Source: Squalus acanthias (lineage: Eukaryota). Taken from it: 64,000 nucleotides of DNA. The position numbers and the translations under genes are program-made. This document shows positions 1 to 15,200 of the stretch, piece by piece; positions within the stretch are counted from its first letter, which is position 1, and each line of letters begins with the position of its first letter. The notes beneath the pieces were generated by a model. That model was not told the origin of the DNA, searched no databases, and was given only the letters and a program-made list of their open reading frames with translations. The stretch is from assembly GCA_030390025.1 (NCBI GenBank), contig CM059425.1:260338001-260402000 (forward strand). Direction: 5' to 3'.

Positions 1-152
1 CCTAACAGCACTGTGGGAGTACCTTCACCACACGGACTGCAGAGGTTCAAGAAGGTGGCTCACCACCACCTTCTTAAGGGCAACTAGGGATGGGCAATAA
101 ATGCTGGCCTTGCCAGCGACGCCCACAGACCAGAATAGAAAAAAATAATTAC

Positions 153-224
153 CTGTCTCAGCTTGCTGTGACTCCGTAAAATTAACAACACTGTAAACAC
201 CATCACTTCCAAGTTCTTGTGGAT
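153..224 (-). CDS. Gene A tail exon T5 (recent duplicate of T2): DPQELGSDGVYSVVNFTESQQAET
   Basis: tgtgtctttgacag|AT...ACAG|gtaatt, 72 nt. Flank 147-905 is nearly identical to about 15593-16350. Confidence 0.75.
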
Positions 225-3200
225 CTGTCAAAGACACAAAAATGTAAGAAAATATGGAACATGGATTTTTTTGACTGGAGTAACATAGGTGAAAGGACCA
301 CCATACAGGACCCCATCGAGGCTGGAAAAATAGAGGAGAAAATGAGCTGAATCACAAAGTAATGATTCGGGAAACGCCAAACTGAGCTTTTAAAAACTCT
401 CGGAAAACTCTTAGCTTTTGAGTTTTGCATCTTATCCGTGGCTCAGTTGGTAGCACTCTCACCTCAATGTCGGAAGACCATGGGCTCAAGTCCCACTCCA
501 GAGATTTGAGCACATAATCCAGACCGACATCCCCAGTGCAGTGCTGAGGGAGTGCTGCACTGTCGGAGGTGCCGTCTTTCGGATGAGACTTAAATTGAGG
601 CCCCGCCTGCTCTCTCAGGTGGAGGTAACAGATCCCATGGCCACTATATTGAAGAAGAGCAGGGGAGTTCTCCCAGGTGTCCTGGCCGATATACATTTCT
701 CAAACCGAAAACAGATTATCTGGTCATTATCACATTGCTGTTTGTGGGAGCTTGCTGTGCGCAAATTGGCTGCCACGTTTCCCACATTACAACAGTGACT
801 CCACTTCAAAAGTCATTCATTGTATATGAAGCGTTTTGTGAAATCCTGAGGTTGTGAAAGGTGCGACAGAAATACAAGTTCTTTCTTTAAAAGCCTGTAG
901 ATTGTAGGACGGGCCGACTCGGGGGGGGGACGGGTCGACTCGGGGGAGACGGGACGACTCGGGGGGGACGGGTGGACTCGGGGGGGGCGGGGGAGGGACA
1001 ACTCGGGGGGGGACGGGACGACTCGGGGGGGACGGGTGGACTCGGGAAGGCGGGGGGGGGGACAACTCGGGGGGGACGGGACGACTCGGGGGGGACGGGT
1101 GGACTCGGGGGGGGCGGGGGGGAAACTCGGGGGGGACGGGTGGACTCGGGGGGGACGGGTGGACTCGGGTAGGACGGGTGGACTCGGGGGGGACGGGACG
1201 ACTCGGGTGGGACGGGAGGACTCGGGGGGGACGGGACGACTCGGGGGGGACGGGTGGACTCGGGGGGGACGGGTGGACTCGGGGGGGACGGGTGGACTCG
1301 GGGGGGACGGGTGGACTCGGGTAGGACGGGTGGACTCGGGGGGGACGGGACGACTCGGGTGGGACGGGACGACTCGGGTGGGACGGGAGGACTCGGGGGG
1401 GACGGGACGACTCGGGGGGGACGGGTGGACTCGGGGGGGACGGGTGGACTCGGGGGGGACGGGAGGACTCGGGGGGGACGGGACGACTCGGGGGGGACGG
1501 GTGGACTCGGGGGGGACGGGAGGACTCGGGGGGGGACTGGACGACTCGGGGGGGACGGGACGACTCGGGGGGGACGGGACGACTCGGGGGGGACGGGACG
1601 ACTCGGGGGGGACGGGACGACTCGGGGGGGGACGGGACGACTCGGGTGGGACGGGAGGACTCGGGGGGGACGGGACGACTCGGGGGGGACGGGACGACTC
1701 GGGTAGGACGGGTGGACTCGGGGGGGACGGGTGGACTCGGGGGGGACGGGAGGACTCGGGGGGGACTGGACGACTCGGGGGGGACGGAACGACTCGGGGG
1801 GGACGGAACGACTCGGGTAGGACGGGACGACTCGGGGTGGCCGGGACGACTCGGGGGGGACGGGTGGACTCGGGGGGGACGGGTGGACTCGGGGGGGACG
1901 GGTGGACTCGGGGGGGACGGGTGGACTCGGGGGGGACGGGTGGACTCGGGGGGGACGGGTGGACTCGGGGGGGACGGGACGACTCGGGGGGAACGGGACG
2001 ACTCGGGGGGGACGGGACGACTCGGGTAGGACGGGACGGATGGACTCGTGGGGGGATGGGACGACTCGGGGGGGACGGGACGACTCGGGGGGGACGGGTG
2101 GACTTGGGTAGGACGGGACGGGTGGACTCGGGGGGGACGGGACGACTCGAGGGGGACGGGTGGACTCGGGGGGGACGGGTGGACTCGGGGGGGACGGGTG
2201 GACTCGGGGGGGACGGGTGGACTCGGGGGGGACGGGACGACTCGGGGGGGACGGGACGACTCGGGTGGGACGGGTGGACTCGGGGGGGACGGGTGGACTC
2301 GGGGGGGACGGGTGGACTCGGGGGGGACGGGTGGACTCGGGGGGGACGGGACGACTCGGGTGGGACGGGTGGACTCGGGTAGGACGGGTGGACTCGGGGG
2401 GGACGGGTGGACTCGGGGGGGACGGGTGGACTCGGGGGGGACGGGACGACTCGGGGGGGGACGGGACGACTCGGGTGGGACGGGTGGACTCGGGGGGGGA
2501 CGGGTGGACTCGGGGGGGACGAGACGACGCGGGGGGGACGGGACGACTCGGGTGGGACGGGACGACTCGGGGGGGACGGGACGACTCGGGGGGGACGGGA
2601 CGACTGGGGGGGGACGGGAGGACTCGGGGGGGACGGGGGGACTCGGGGGGGACGGGTGGACTCAGGTAGGACGGGTGGACTCGGGGGGGACGGGTGGACT
2701 CGGGGGGGACGGGACGACTCGGGGGGGACGGGACGACTCGGGGGGGGACGGGTGGACTCGGGGGGGACGGGACGACTCGGGGGGGACGGGTGGACTCGGG
2801 GGGGGACGGGTGGACTCACGGGGGACGGGTGGACTCGTGGGGGACGGGACGACTCGGGGGGGACGGGACGACTCGGCGGGGACGGGAGGACTCGGGGGGG
2901 ACGGGAAGACTCGGGGGGGACGGGACGACTCGGGGGGGACGGGACGACTCGGCGGGGACGGGAGGACTCGGGGGGGACGGGAAGACTCGGGGGGGACGGG
3001 ACGACTCGGGGGGGACGGGACGACTCGGGGGGGACGGGTGGACTCGGGGGGGACGGGTGGACTCGGGGGGGACGGGACGACTCGGGTAGGACGGGACGGG
3101 TGGACTCGGGGGGGGACGGGACGTCTCGGGGGGGACGGGACGACTCGGGGGGGACGGGAGGACTCGGGGGGGACTGGACGACTCGGGTGGGACGAGAGGA

Positions 3201-6200
3201 CTCGGGGGGGACGGGACGACTCGGGGGGGACGGGACGACTCGGGGGGGACGGGACGACTCGGGGGGGACGGGACGACTCGGGGGGGACGGGACGACTCGG
3301 GGGGGACGGGAGGACTCGGGGGGGACGGGACGACTCGGGGGGGACGGGTGGACTCGGGGGGGACGGGTGGACTCGGGTAGGACGGGAGGACTGGGGGGGG
3401 ACGGGACGACTCGGGGGGGACGGGAGGACTCGGGGGGGACGGAACGACTCGGGGTGGCCGGGACGACTCGGGGGGGACGGGTGGACTCGGGGGGGACGGG
3501 TGGACTCGGGGGGGGACGGGTGGACTCGGGGGGGACGGGTGGACTCGGGGGGGACGGGTGGACTCGGGGGGGACGGGTGGACTCGGGGGGGACGGGTGGA
3601 CTCGGGGGGGACGGGTGGACTCGGGGGGGACGGGTGGACTCGGGGGGGACGGGTGGACTCGGGGGGGACGGGACGACTCGGGTGGGACGGGTGGACTCGT
3701 GGGGGACGGGACGACTCGGGGGGAACGGGACGACTCGGGGGGGACGGGACGACTGGGGTAGGACGGGACGGGTGGACTCGGGGGGGACGGGACGACTCGA
3801 GGGGGACGGGTGGACTCGGGGGGGACGGGACGACTCGGGGGGGACGGGTGGACTCGGGGGGGACGGGACGACTCGGGGGGGACGGGTGGACTCGGGTTGG
3901 ACGGGTGGACTCGGGGGGGACGGGTGGACTCGGGGGGGACGGGAGGACTCGGGGGGGACGGGACGACTCGGGGGGGACCGGACGACTCGGGGGGGGGACG
4001 GGACGACTCGGGGGGACGGGAGGACTCGGGGGGGGGGACGGGACGACTCGGGGGGGACGGGAGGACTCGGGTGGGACGGGACGACTCGGGGGGGACGGGT
4101 GGACTCGGGGGGGGACGGGTGGACTCACGGGGGACGGGTGGACTCGCGGGGGACGGGACGACTCGGGGGGGACGGGTGGACTCGGGTGTGACGGGTGGAC
4201 TCGGGGGGGACGGGACGACTCGGGGGGGACGGGACGACTCGGGGGGGACGGGACGACTCGGGGGGGACGGGACGACTCGGGGGCGACGGGACGACTCGGG
4301 GGCGACGGGACGACTCGGGGGGGACGGGACGACTCGGGGGGGACGGGACGACTCGGGGGGGACGGGACGACTCGGGGGGGACGGGACGACTCGGGGGGGA
4401 CGGGTGGACTCGGCGGGGACGGGTGGACTCGGCGGGGACGGGAGGACTCGGGGGGGACGGGTGGACTCGGGGGGGACGGGTGGACTCGGGGGGGACGGGA
4501 CGACTCGGGTAGGACGGGACGGGTGGACTCGGGGGGGGGACGGGACGACTCGGGTAGGATGGGTGGACTCGGGGGGGACGGGACGACTCGGGGGGGACGG
4601 GTGGACTCGGGTAGGATGGGACGACTCGGGGGGGACGGGTGGACTCGGGGGGGATGGGACGACTCGTGGGGGACGGGTGGACTCGGGGGGGATGGGACGA
4701 CTCGGGGGGGACGGGACGACTCGGGTGGGACGGGACGGGTGGATTTGGGTAGGACGGGACGACTCGGGTAGGACGGGACGACTCGGGGGGGACGGGTGGA
4801 CTCGGGGGGGACGGGACGACTCGGGGGGGACGGGTGGACTCGGGTAGGACGGGAGGACTCGGGTGGGACGGGACGACTCGGGGGGGACGGGTGGACTCGG
4901 GGGGGACGGGACGACTCGGGGGGGACAAGTGGACTCGGGGGGGACGGGACGACTCGGGTAGGACGGGAGGACTCGGGGGGGACGGGACGACTCGGGTGGG
5001 ACGGGACGACTCGGGTAGGACGTGTGGACTCGGGGGGGACGGGTGGACTCGGGTGGGACGGGACGCCTCGGGTGGGACGGGACGACTCGGGGGGGACGTG
5101 TGGACTCGGGGGGGATGGGACGACTCGGGGGGGACGGGTGGACTGGGGGGATGGGACGACTCGGGGGGGACGGGTGGACTCGGGGGGGATGGGACGACTC
5201 GGGGGGGACGGGTGGACTCGGGGGGGGATGGGACGACTCGGGGGGGACGGGACGGGTGGACTCGGGTAGGACGGGACGGGTGGACTCGGGGGGGACGGGA
5301 CGACTCGGGGGGGACGGGACGAGTCGGGGGGGACGGGACGACTCGGGGGGGACGGGACGACTCGGGGGGGACGGGACGACTCGGGGGGGATGGGTGGACT
5401 CGGGGGGGACGGGACGACTCGGGGGGGATGGGACGACTCGGGGGGAACGGGACGACTCCGGGGGGGACGGGTGGACTCGGGGGGGACGGGACGACTCGGG
5501 GGGGATGGGACGACTCGGGGGGAACGGGACGACTCCGGGGGGGACGGGTGGACTCGGGGGGGACGGGTGGACTCACGGGGGACGGGTGGACTCGCGGGGG
5601 ACGGGAGGACTCGGGGGGGGACGGGTGGACTCGGGTAGGACGGGTGGACTCGGGTGGGACGGGTGGACTCGGGTTGGACGGGACGACTCGGGTGGGACGG
5701 GTGGACTCGGGTGGGACGGGTGGACTCGGGGGGGACGGGTGGACTCGGGGGGGACGGGTGGACTCGGGGGGGATGGGTGGACTCGGGTTGGACGGGACGA
5801 CTCGGGTTGGACGGGTGGACTCGGGTTGGACGGGACGACTCGGGTTGGACGGGTGGACTCGGGTAGGACGGGTGGACTCGGGGGGGACGGGACGACTCGG
5901 GGGGGACGGGACGACTCGGGTGGGACGGGTGGACTCGGCGGGGACTGGAGGACTCGGGGGGGACGGGAGGACTCGGGGGGGACGGGACGACTCGGGGGGG
6001 ACGGGACGACTCGGGGGGGACGGGTGGACTCGGGGGGGGACGGGTGGACTCGGGGGGGGGGACGGGACGACTCGGGGGGGACGGGAGGACTCGGGTGGGA
6101 CGGGACGACTCGGGGGGGACGGGACGACTCGGGGGGGACGGGTGGACTCGGGGGGGACGGGTGGACTCACGGGGGACGGGTGGACTCGCGGGGGACGGGA

Positions 6201-9200
6201 CGACTCGGGGGGGACGGGTGGACTCGGGTGTGACGGGTGGACTCGGGGGGGACGGGACGACTCGGGGGGGACGGGACGACTCGGGGGCGACGGGACGACT
6301 CGGGGGCGACGGGACGACTCGGGGGCGACGGGACGACTCGGGGGGGACGGGACGACTCGGGGGGGACGGGACGACTCGGGGGGGACGGGACGACTCGGGG
6401 GGGACGGGTGGACTCGGGGGGGACGGGACGACTCGGGTAGGACGGGAGGACTCGGGGGGGACGGGACGACTCGGGGGGGACGGGTGGACTCGGGGGGGAT
6501 GGGACGACTCGGGGGGGACGGGACGACTCGGGTGGGACGGGACGGGTGGATTTGGATAGGACGGGACGACTCGGGTAGGACGGGACGACTCGGGGGGGAC
6601 GGGTGGACTCGGGGGGGACGGGACGACTCGGGGGGGACGGGTGGACTCGGGTAGGACGGGAGGACTCGGGTGGGACGGGACGACTCGGGGGGGACGGGTG
6701 GACTCGGGGGGGACGGGACGACTCGGGGGGGGACAGGTGGACTCGGGTAGGATGGGACGACTCGGGGGGGACGGGACGACTCGGGGGGGACGGGACGAGT
6801 CGGGGGGGACGGGACGACTCGGGGGGGACGGGACGACTCGGGGGGGACGGGACGACTCGGGGGGGATGGGTGGACTCGGGGGGGACGGGACGACTCGGGG
6901 GGGACGGGTGGACTCGGGGGGGACGGGTGGACTCGGGGGGGGGACGGGACGACTCGGGGGGGACGGGAGGACTCGGGTGGGACGGGACGACTCGGGGGGG
7001 ACGGGACGACTCGGGGGGGACGGGTGGACTCGGGGGGGACGGGTGGACTCACGGGGGACGGGTGGACTCGCGGGGGACGGGACGACTCGGGGGGGACGGG
7101 TGGACTCGGGTGTGACGGGTGGACTCGGGGGGGACGGGACGACTCGGGGGGGACGGGACGACTCGGGGGCGACGGGACGACTCGGGGGCGACGGGACGAC
7201 TCGGGGGGGACGGGACGACTCGGGGGGGACGGGACGACTCGGGGGGGACGGGACGACTCGGGGGGGACGGGACGACTCGGGTGGGACGGGTGGACTCGGC
7301 GGGGACGGGACGACTCGGGGGGGGACGGGACGAATCGGGGGGGACGGGACGAATCGGGGGGGACGGGTGGACTCGGGGGGGACGGGTGGACTCGGGGGGG
7401 ACGGGACGACTCGGGTAGGACGGGACGGGTGGACTCGGGGGGGGACGGGACGACTCGGGGGGGACGGGTGGACTCGGGTAGGATGGGACGACTCGGGGGG
7501 GACGGGTGGACTCGGGGGGGATGGGACGACTCGGGGGGGACGGGACGACTCGGGTGGGACGGGACGGGTGGATTTGGATAGGACGGGACGACTCGGGGGG
7601 GACGGGTGGACTCGGGGGGGACGGGACGACTCGGGGGGGACGGGTGGACTCGGGTAGGACGGGAGGACTCGGGTGGGACGGGACGACTCGGGGGGGACGG
7701 GTGGACTCGGGGGGGACGGGACGACTCGGGGGGGACAGGTGGACTCGGGGGGGACGGGACGACTCGGGTAGGACGTGTGGACTCGGGGGGGACGGGTGGA
7801 CTCGGGTGGGACGGGACGCCTCGGGTGGGACGGGACGACTCGGGGGGGACGTGTGGACTCGGGGGGGACGGGTGGACTAGGGGGGGATGGGACGACTCGG
7901 GGGGGACGGGTGGACTCGGGGGGGATGGGACGACTCGGGGGGGACGGGTGGACTCGGGGGGGGATGGGACGACTCGGGGGGGACGGGACGGGTGGACTCG
8001 GGTAGGACGGGACGGGTGGACTCGGGTAGGACGGGACGACTCGGGGGGGACGGGACGACTCGGGGGGGACGGGACGAGTCGGGGGGGACGGGACGACTCG
8101 GGGGGGACGGGACGACTCGGGGGGGACGGGACGACTCGGGGGGGATGGGTGGACTCGGGGGGGACGGGACGACTCGGGGGGGATGGGACGACTCGGGGGG
8201 AACGGGACGACTCCGGGGGGACGGGACGACACGGGTAGAACGGGACAGGTGGACTCGGGGGGGACGGGAGGTCTCGGGTGGGACGGGTGGACTCGGGTTG
8301 GACGGGACGACTCGGGTGGGACGGGTGGACTCGGGGGGGACGGGTGGACTCGGGTAGGACAGGAGGACTCGGGGGGGACGGGTGGACTCGGGGGGGATGG
8401 GTGGACTCGGGGGGAACGGGAGGACTCGGGGGGGACGGAGGACTCGGGGGGAACGGGTGGACTCGGGTAGGACGGGTGGACTCGGGGCGGACGGGTGGAC
8501 TCGGGGGGGACGGGAGGACTCGGGTGGGACAGGTGGACTCGGGTAGGACGGGTGGACTCAGGGAAGACGGGTGGACTCGGGGGGGACGGGTGGACTCGGG
8601 TAGGACGGGTGGACTCGGGTGGGACGGGTGGACTCGGGGGGGACGGGTGGACTCGGGTAGGGCGGGTGGACTCGGGGGAGACGGGTGGACTCGGGGGAGA
8701 CGGGTGGACTCGGGTAGGACGGGATGGGACGGCTCGGGTTGGACGGGATGACTCGGGTGCCAAGGCCCTCAGCTCTGGAATTCCCTCCCTAAACCTCTCA
8801 GCCTCTCTTTCCTCCTTTAAGACGCTCCTTAAAACCTAACTCTTTGATCAAGCTTTTGGTCATCTGCCCTAATATCTCCTTGTGTGGCTCGGTGTCAAAT
8901 TTTTTTTTAGAGCGCTCCTGTGAAGCGTCTTGGGAGGTTTTACTACATTAAAGGCGCTATATAAAAGCAAGTTGTTGTTGTTGAGGGAGAAGATTGTCGG
9001 TTCAAGTCCTGCTCCAGCACTTGAGCACACAAGCCTAGGAATCCCAGCCTCACACTGGGCCATTGGGAGTGCGCTGGATCAGAACTTTCAGCCTCCACTT
9101 TAACCTCCCCATGACCACACCACAAATCCTGGAGCCGTGGACTCCCTACATTACAACAGTGCCCACACTTGAAAAAGCACGCCATTGGCTGTCAGGCGCT

Positions 9201-12200
9201 TTGGGACATCCTGAGGACGTGATAGGCGCTGTCGAAATGCAAGTCTTTCTTTCCATCGTAGGGATAGGTTCCTGTCTCTGTAGCCGAGGCTTGCCAACCC
9301 TCCAGCATTGTCCGGGAGTCTCCAGGAATGAGAAACTAATCTCCAGGACATCGCTGCAAGAAACTCAGGAGACCGATCACCGGGGCATTCAAAAACACTT
9401 CTTCAAAAAAATAATTCTTTGGAGGCTTTAGTTATAACAGTATCGGAGTATCGGAAACCATCGGTGCCAAGTCACCTGTTCCTCCCGAGCTCGCTACCCT
9501 CACCACACGTTACCTCTCAAATTACTCACATACTGCATCCCAAAATATCATTTTCTGTCAGAAATCCATCTAATTTGTATTTGAATGAATCAACACTAAC
9601 CACTTCCACCGTCTCCCGAGGGAACCTGTTCCATGGATTGGCCACTCGCTCACTGAAATATTGGCCTCGATTTTAAACCCCCCACGACAGGTGGGAGAGG
9701 GTCGGGGGCGGAGTCTAACACGTCGCGCACGGCAGCGGATATTGGTGCGTCCAAGTGTCCCGCCGCGGGGAGGCGGGTCACCTTCATTAACATATTTAAA
9801 TCCGGCTCTCACCGCAATTGGGAGCCCGATTTAAAACTCACAGCTGCGGCGTGGGGTTCCCGGGGTTGGGAAACCCGGCAGTGAAAGGGAGGCGGGATCT
9901 ACCGGCCCCACAAGGCAAGTGACTTTTACAGCACTGCTTGTGGGCCAGGAGGAGCAGGAGTGCTCCCCGCTCCCCCCGGCCCCACAAGGAAGCCTTTGGC
10001 CTCCCCCGACGATCGAGGGCACCTCCTCCTCCCTGCCGACCTCTCTCTCCCCCCCCAGTCCCAATGGCCTCTCTCTCTCTCCCCCCCCAGTCCCAATGGC
10101 CTCTCTCTCCCCCCCAGTCCCAATGGCCTCTCTCTCTCCCCCAGTCCCAATGGCCTCTCTCTCCCCCAGTCCCAATGGCCTCTCTCTCTCCCCCAGTCCC
10201 AATGGCCTCTCTCTCCCCCAGTCCCAATGGCCTCTCTCTCTCTCTCCCCCCCAGTCCAATGGCCTCTCTCCCCCCCAGTCCCAATGGCCTCTCTCCCCCC
10301 CCAGTCCCAATGGCCTCTCTCTCTCCCCCACAGTCCCAATGGCCTCTCTCCCCCCCAGTCCCAATGGCCTCTCTCTCTCCCCCACAGTCCCAATGGCCTC
10401 TCTCCCCCCCCAGTCCCAATGGCCTCTCTCTCTCTCTCCCCCAGTCCCAATGGCCTCTCTCCCCCCCCAGTCCCAATGGCCCTCTCTCCCCCCCCAGTCC
10501 CAATGGCCTCTCACTCTCTCTCTCCCCCCCAGTCCCAATGGCCTCTCTCTCTCTCCCCCCAGTGCCAATGGCCTCTCTCTCTCTCTCCCCCAGTCCCAAT
10601 GGCCTCTCTCTCTCTCTCTCCCACCCAGTCCCAATGGCCTCTCTCTCTCTCTCCCCCCCCCCCCCCCCCCCCCCCCCCCCAGTCCCAATGGCCTCTCTCT
10701 CTCTCTCTCTCCCAGCCCCTTTCTCTTTCCCTCGGTCTCGATCTCTCTGCTCGGAATCTGGGTTGGAAATAGAATGAAAAAATGAGAATGAGGAGCTGCC
10801 ATTAAATGCAGCAGGACCTCTGTCCCCGGCCTTGCCGGGTTCTTCAGCCGTGTTCAGCCTCCCCCCCACCCCATAAATATCGGGGCCATTGTTTCCGCAG
10901 ATTAGTTTTGTATTTACCCCCATTGAAGCTCAGGCCGTGTCCTCTGGGTCGACTGTTCTGGACACGGTGAAACAGCTCGTCACAGGTATCTACTTCCTTC
11001 AGAATGCTAAAATGAGGAATTGTATCACCCCTCAACCTTCTCTGTCCCAGTGAGAACTTGCCCCATTTACATCATCACTCCTCATAATCCAACCCCTCAT
11101 TCATTCCATGTACTAGGCTGTAATTGACCAACACTGAGTGATGGCACAATGTAAGAACGTTCAAGGGCCATTCTTGTTGTCTTACCCGTCTGTTGTGCTT
11201 GAGGTGGTTTGGGATTGTTGACAGTGCTATAGAGAACATCTTCTCCCTCCTGCGCATCTATCAAGACACAATCCATTATCTCCATAGCTGCGTCATAGAC
11301 AATAGAATTAGGAAACCAAATGCTCCGTTACTGACAATCTGTTCCATTGAACTGATGATTACATGACAGGCTAGATCCCAGTCAGGACAATCCCATTGTC
11401 TGATCAACCCGAAGGCCATTTAACACAAGAGCAACAAAATGTGCTCAGCAATGACCTTTTAAGACAAAGAGTCAGGATTTTGTGTTTTTAAAACAAACTT
11501 GGGAGATGGGGCAGAATTTCTCCGGGATTTGATCCCCGCAATTTCACCGGGATCGCTCCCGTCGGTGACCTCTGCCACTGACCCCCACCGGAGTGTGCAG
11601 GGTGAGTGGGAGGTCATGTGTGTTCCACATATCACCACTATGGGTAGCCCCGTACACTGCCAGTCTATAAAAGGCACGCTGTCATGCCAATTGTAGATAT
11701 GTGAAAGGTTTACTCTTTAATTCAAGGTAAGAATCATGTTTGGCTGCTAGCTTTTTGCTGCTTGCTCTGTATTCACCATTCCTTACCTGTCACTGCTTGG
11801 TGGGGTCTTAGACATTTAACAGTGCTGTAGACAGGGAGACTCTCAGACTCCTGTGGATCTGTAAAGGACACAGGCAGTTACTTCCTTCTTACATCCTCAT
11901 CGGCAAAACTTTGATTCAGTTTAATGGTATAATAATAATGAATTCAACAACAACTTGTATTTATATTGTGCCTTAACGTTCTTAGTTCTTTGAGGAGGTA
12001 ACGAGCAGGGTGGATAAGGGTTAAACAGTGGATGTGGTGTATTTGGATTTCCAGAAGGCATTCGATAAGGTGCCACATAAAAGGTTACTGCATAAGATAA
12101 GAGCTCACGGAATTGGGAGTAATATATTAGCATGGATAGAGAATTGGCTAACTAACAGAAAGCAGAGAGTCGGGATAAATGGGTCATTTTCCGGTTGGCA

Positions 12201-15200
12201 AAGGGTAACTAGTGGGGTGCCACAGGGATCGGTGCTGGGGCCTCAACTATTTACAATCTACATTAATGACTTGGATGAAGGGACCGAGTGTAATGTAGCC
12301 AAGTTTGCGGATGATACAAAGATGGGTGGGAAAGCAAGTTGTGCAGAGGACTCAAAGGGGGAAAAATTCAGCTGCTTGCGCCTCCCGTTAGCGCCTTAAG
12401 AGGGCGCTAATGGGGCGTAAAGCAGCTAACGCCCGGGCGCAGCGCCGCCCACGCCTCCCGAAAAATTTAGTGGGAGGTTAGCGGCGGCGGCAGCCGGTAG
12501 CGCCCTGTGGCGCTGCGCCGCCGGCGATGACGTCATCGCCGTGCGCAGCACCCCGCTCGCGCCCCGGCCGTGATCTTCAGTCGCGCCCCCTGATTTACCG
12601 CCAGATGCTATGTCCGACGGGTTCAGGGAGGCGTACGTGCGGCCGGGGCGGCGATATTTAAAGGGGAGGTGGCAGGCGGCCATTTTTGTTGCTGGCCGCC
12701 TGCCAGCACCTGCCCCCGGCCCCCGTGAAGCCCCCCCACCGTGAAGTGCCGGCTGCGCTCCAAGAGCCCGACACTTCTCTTGAGTGCCGGGCTCTTTTGC
12801 CGGCACTCCCGATCCCTGGGGGCCCAGCTGGGCCCCGGTTCGCGCTGCGCAGGGTCCCTCCCCTTTAAGAAGGGGAGGAAGGCCTGCAATACCGCGGCGC
12901 GACGTGCCGCAGTGCATGGCGCTGCGGCACGTAGCGCCAGGATATTCACTCGCAGCGCCCCAAGAGGGATGCGGGCTGCTTCCAGTTGCGCCCCGCTTCC
13001 CTCTTGGGGCGCAACCACTGAAGTTCCGGCGCGGGGCCGCTAATTTTTTCGGGGCGCTAAAAGTCGCGCCCCGGCGAGGTTAGCGCCCCAAATGGGGCGC
13101 GACTCAATTTTTACCCCAAAGAACCTGCAAAGGGATTTAGACAGGCTAAGTGAGTGGGCAAACATTTGGCAGATGGAGTATAATGTGGGAAAGTGTGAGG
13201 TTATACACTTTGGCAGGAAAAATTAAAAAGCAAATTATTATTTAAATGGAGAGAGATTACAAAATGCTACAGTTCAGAGGGACCTGGGGGTCCTTGTGCA
13301 TGAAACACAAAAAGTTAGCATGCAGGTACAGCAAGTAATTAGGAAGGCAAATGGAATGTTGGCCTTTATTGCAAAGGGGCTGGAGTATAAAAGCAGGGAA
13401 GTCCTGCTACAACTGTACAGGGTATTGGTGAGACCACACCTTGAGTACTGCGTACAGTTTTGGTCTCCTTATTTAAGGAAGGATATACTTGCATTGGAGG
13501 CAGTTCAGAGATGATTCACTAGGTTGATTCCTGAGATGAGGGGGTTAACTTATGAGGAAAGGTTGAGTAGGCTGTGCCTATACGCATTGGAATTTAGAAG
13601 AATGAGAGGGGATCTTATTGAAACATATAAGATACTGAGGGGGCTCGACAAGGTAGATGCAGAGAGGATGTTTCCCCTCGTGGGGAAATCTAGATCTCGG
13701 GGGCACAGTTTTAGAATAAAGCGTCGCCCTTTTAGAACTGAGATGAGGAGGAATTTCTTCTCTCAGAGGGTCATAAACCTTTGGAATCCTCTGCCCCAGA
13801 GAGCTGTGGAGGCTGGGTCATTAAATACATTTAAGGTGGAGATAGACAGATTTTTGCAAGATAAGGGAGTGAAGGGTTATGGGGAGCGGGCGGGGGAGTG
13901 GCTTTGAGCCCAAGATCAGCCATGATCTTATTGAATGGCGGAGCAGGCTCGAGGGGCCAAGTGGCCGATTCCTGCCCCTATTTCTTATGTTAGTTTAGTA
14001 AAACGTCCCAAGGCGCTTCACAGGAGCGATTATCAAACAAAATTTGACACCGAGCCACATAAGGAGAAATTAGAAAATTGGTCAGACATGCAGGTTTTAA
14101 GGAGCATCTTCAAGGAGGAGAGAGGCGGAGAGGTTTTGGGAGGGAATTCCGGGCCGAGGCAGCTGAAGGCACAGCCGCCAATGGTGCAGCGATGAATTTC
14201 GGGGATGCGCAAGAGGCCAGATTTGGAGGAGCGCAGAGATCCTTATTGTTGGAAATTGCTATATTCTTTGCTGTTTCATTAGTTAAAGCTAGTAGACAGG
14301 AACAAAAAGCCATCACACAAAGGCTAATGGAATCTGGAGCACTCGTTCAGTCCTGGGCACCGCACCTCAGGAAGGATATACTGGCCCTTGGAGGGGGAGC
14401 AGCGCAGATTCACCAGAATGATACTGGGGATTAGAGCGTTAAATTACGAGGTCAACTTGTATAAAAGTGGTTTTTATTCCCTTGACTATAGAAGGTTGAG
14501 GAGTGACCTCATCAAGGTGCTTGAAATGATGAAGGGATTCGATAGGATAGATACAGAGGAACAATTTCCACTGATGGGGGAGTCAAGAACGCGAGTATAT
14601 AATCTGAAAATGATGGCTAGACCATTTAGGAGGGAAATCAGGAAGCACGTTTCCACACAATGGGGAGTGGGAATCTGGAATTCTGGCCCCAATAAGGCTG
14701 TGGATGCTGGGACAGCTGGAGCTTTCCAGACTGAGATTGCTAGATTTCTGTTTGGTCAGGGTATCAAGAGATCTGGAACTAAGGCGGGTGAATGGAGTTA
14801 AGGTACAGAAGACTCTCCTGAATTCCCGATTGGATTTATTAGTGACTATCTCTTATTTATATTTTTGTATTCATTCACGGGATGTGGGCGTCGCCGGCAA
14901 GGCCAGCATTTATTGCCCATCCCTAATCGCTGAGAAGGTGGTGGTGGTGGTGAGCCCCCTTCTTGAATACATGAGTGGCTTTCAGAGGGCAGTTTAGAGT
15001 CAACCACGTTGCTGTGGGTCTGGAGTCAAATATAGGCCAGACCAGGTAAGGACGGCAGATTTCCTTCCCCTAAAGGACATTAGTGAACCAGATGGGTTTT
15101 TATGACAATCCGGTAGTTTCAGGGTCACTATTACTGATACTAGCTTTTTATTCCAGATTTATTTAATTGAATTTAAATTCCCCAGCTGCCGTGGTGGGAT

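Noticed and set aside
910-8757. Ig switch-region-like function
   Set aside because: No Ig constant exons or RSS seen, the unit lacks AGCT hotspots, and the G-rich strand is the template strand of gene A.
813-8839. Very long Pro/Ser-rich and Gly-rich ORFs (up to 2033 aa), superficially extensin- or mucin-like
   Set aside because: They are open in several frames on both strands because the 20-bp satellite unit lacks stop codons. No splice or unique-domain context.
9831-10923. Overlapping 270-360 aa low-complexity ORFs
   Set aside because: Translation of the minisatellite inside a MITE.
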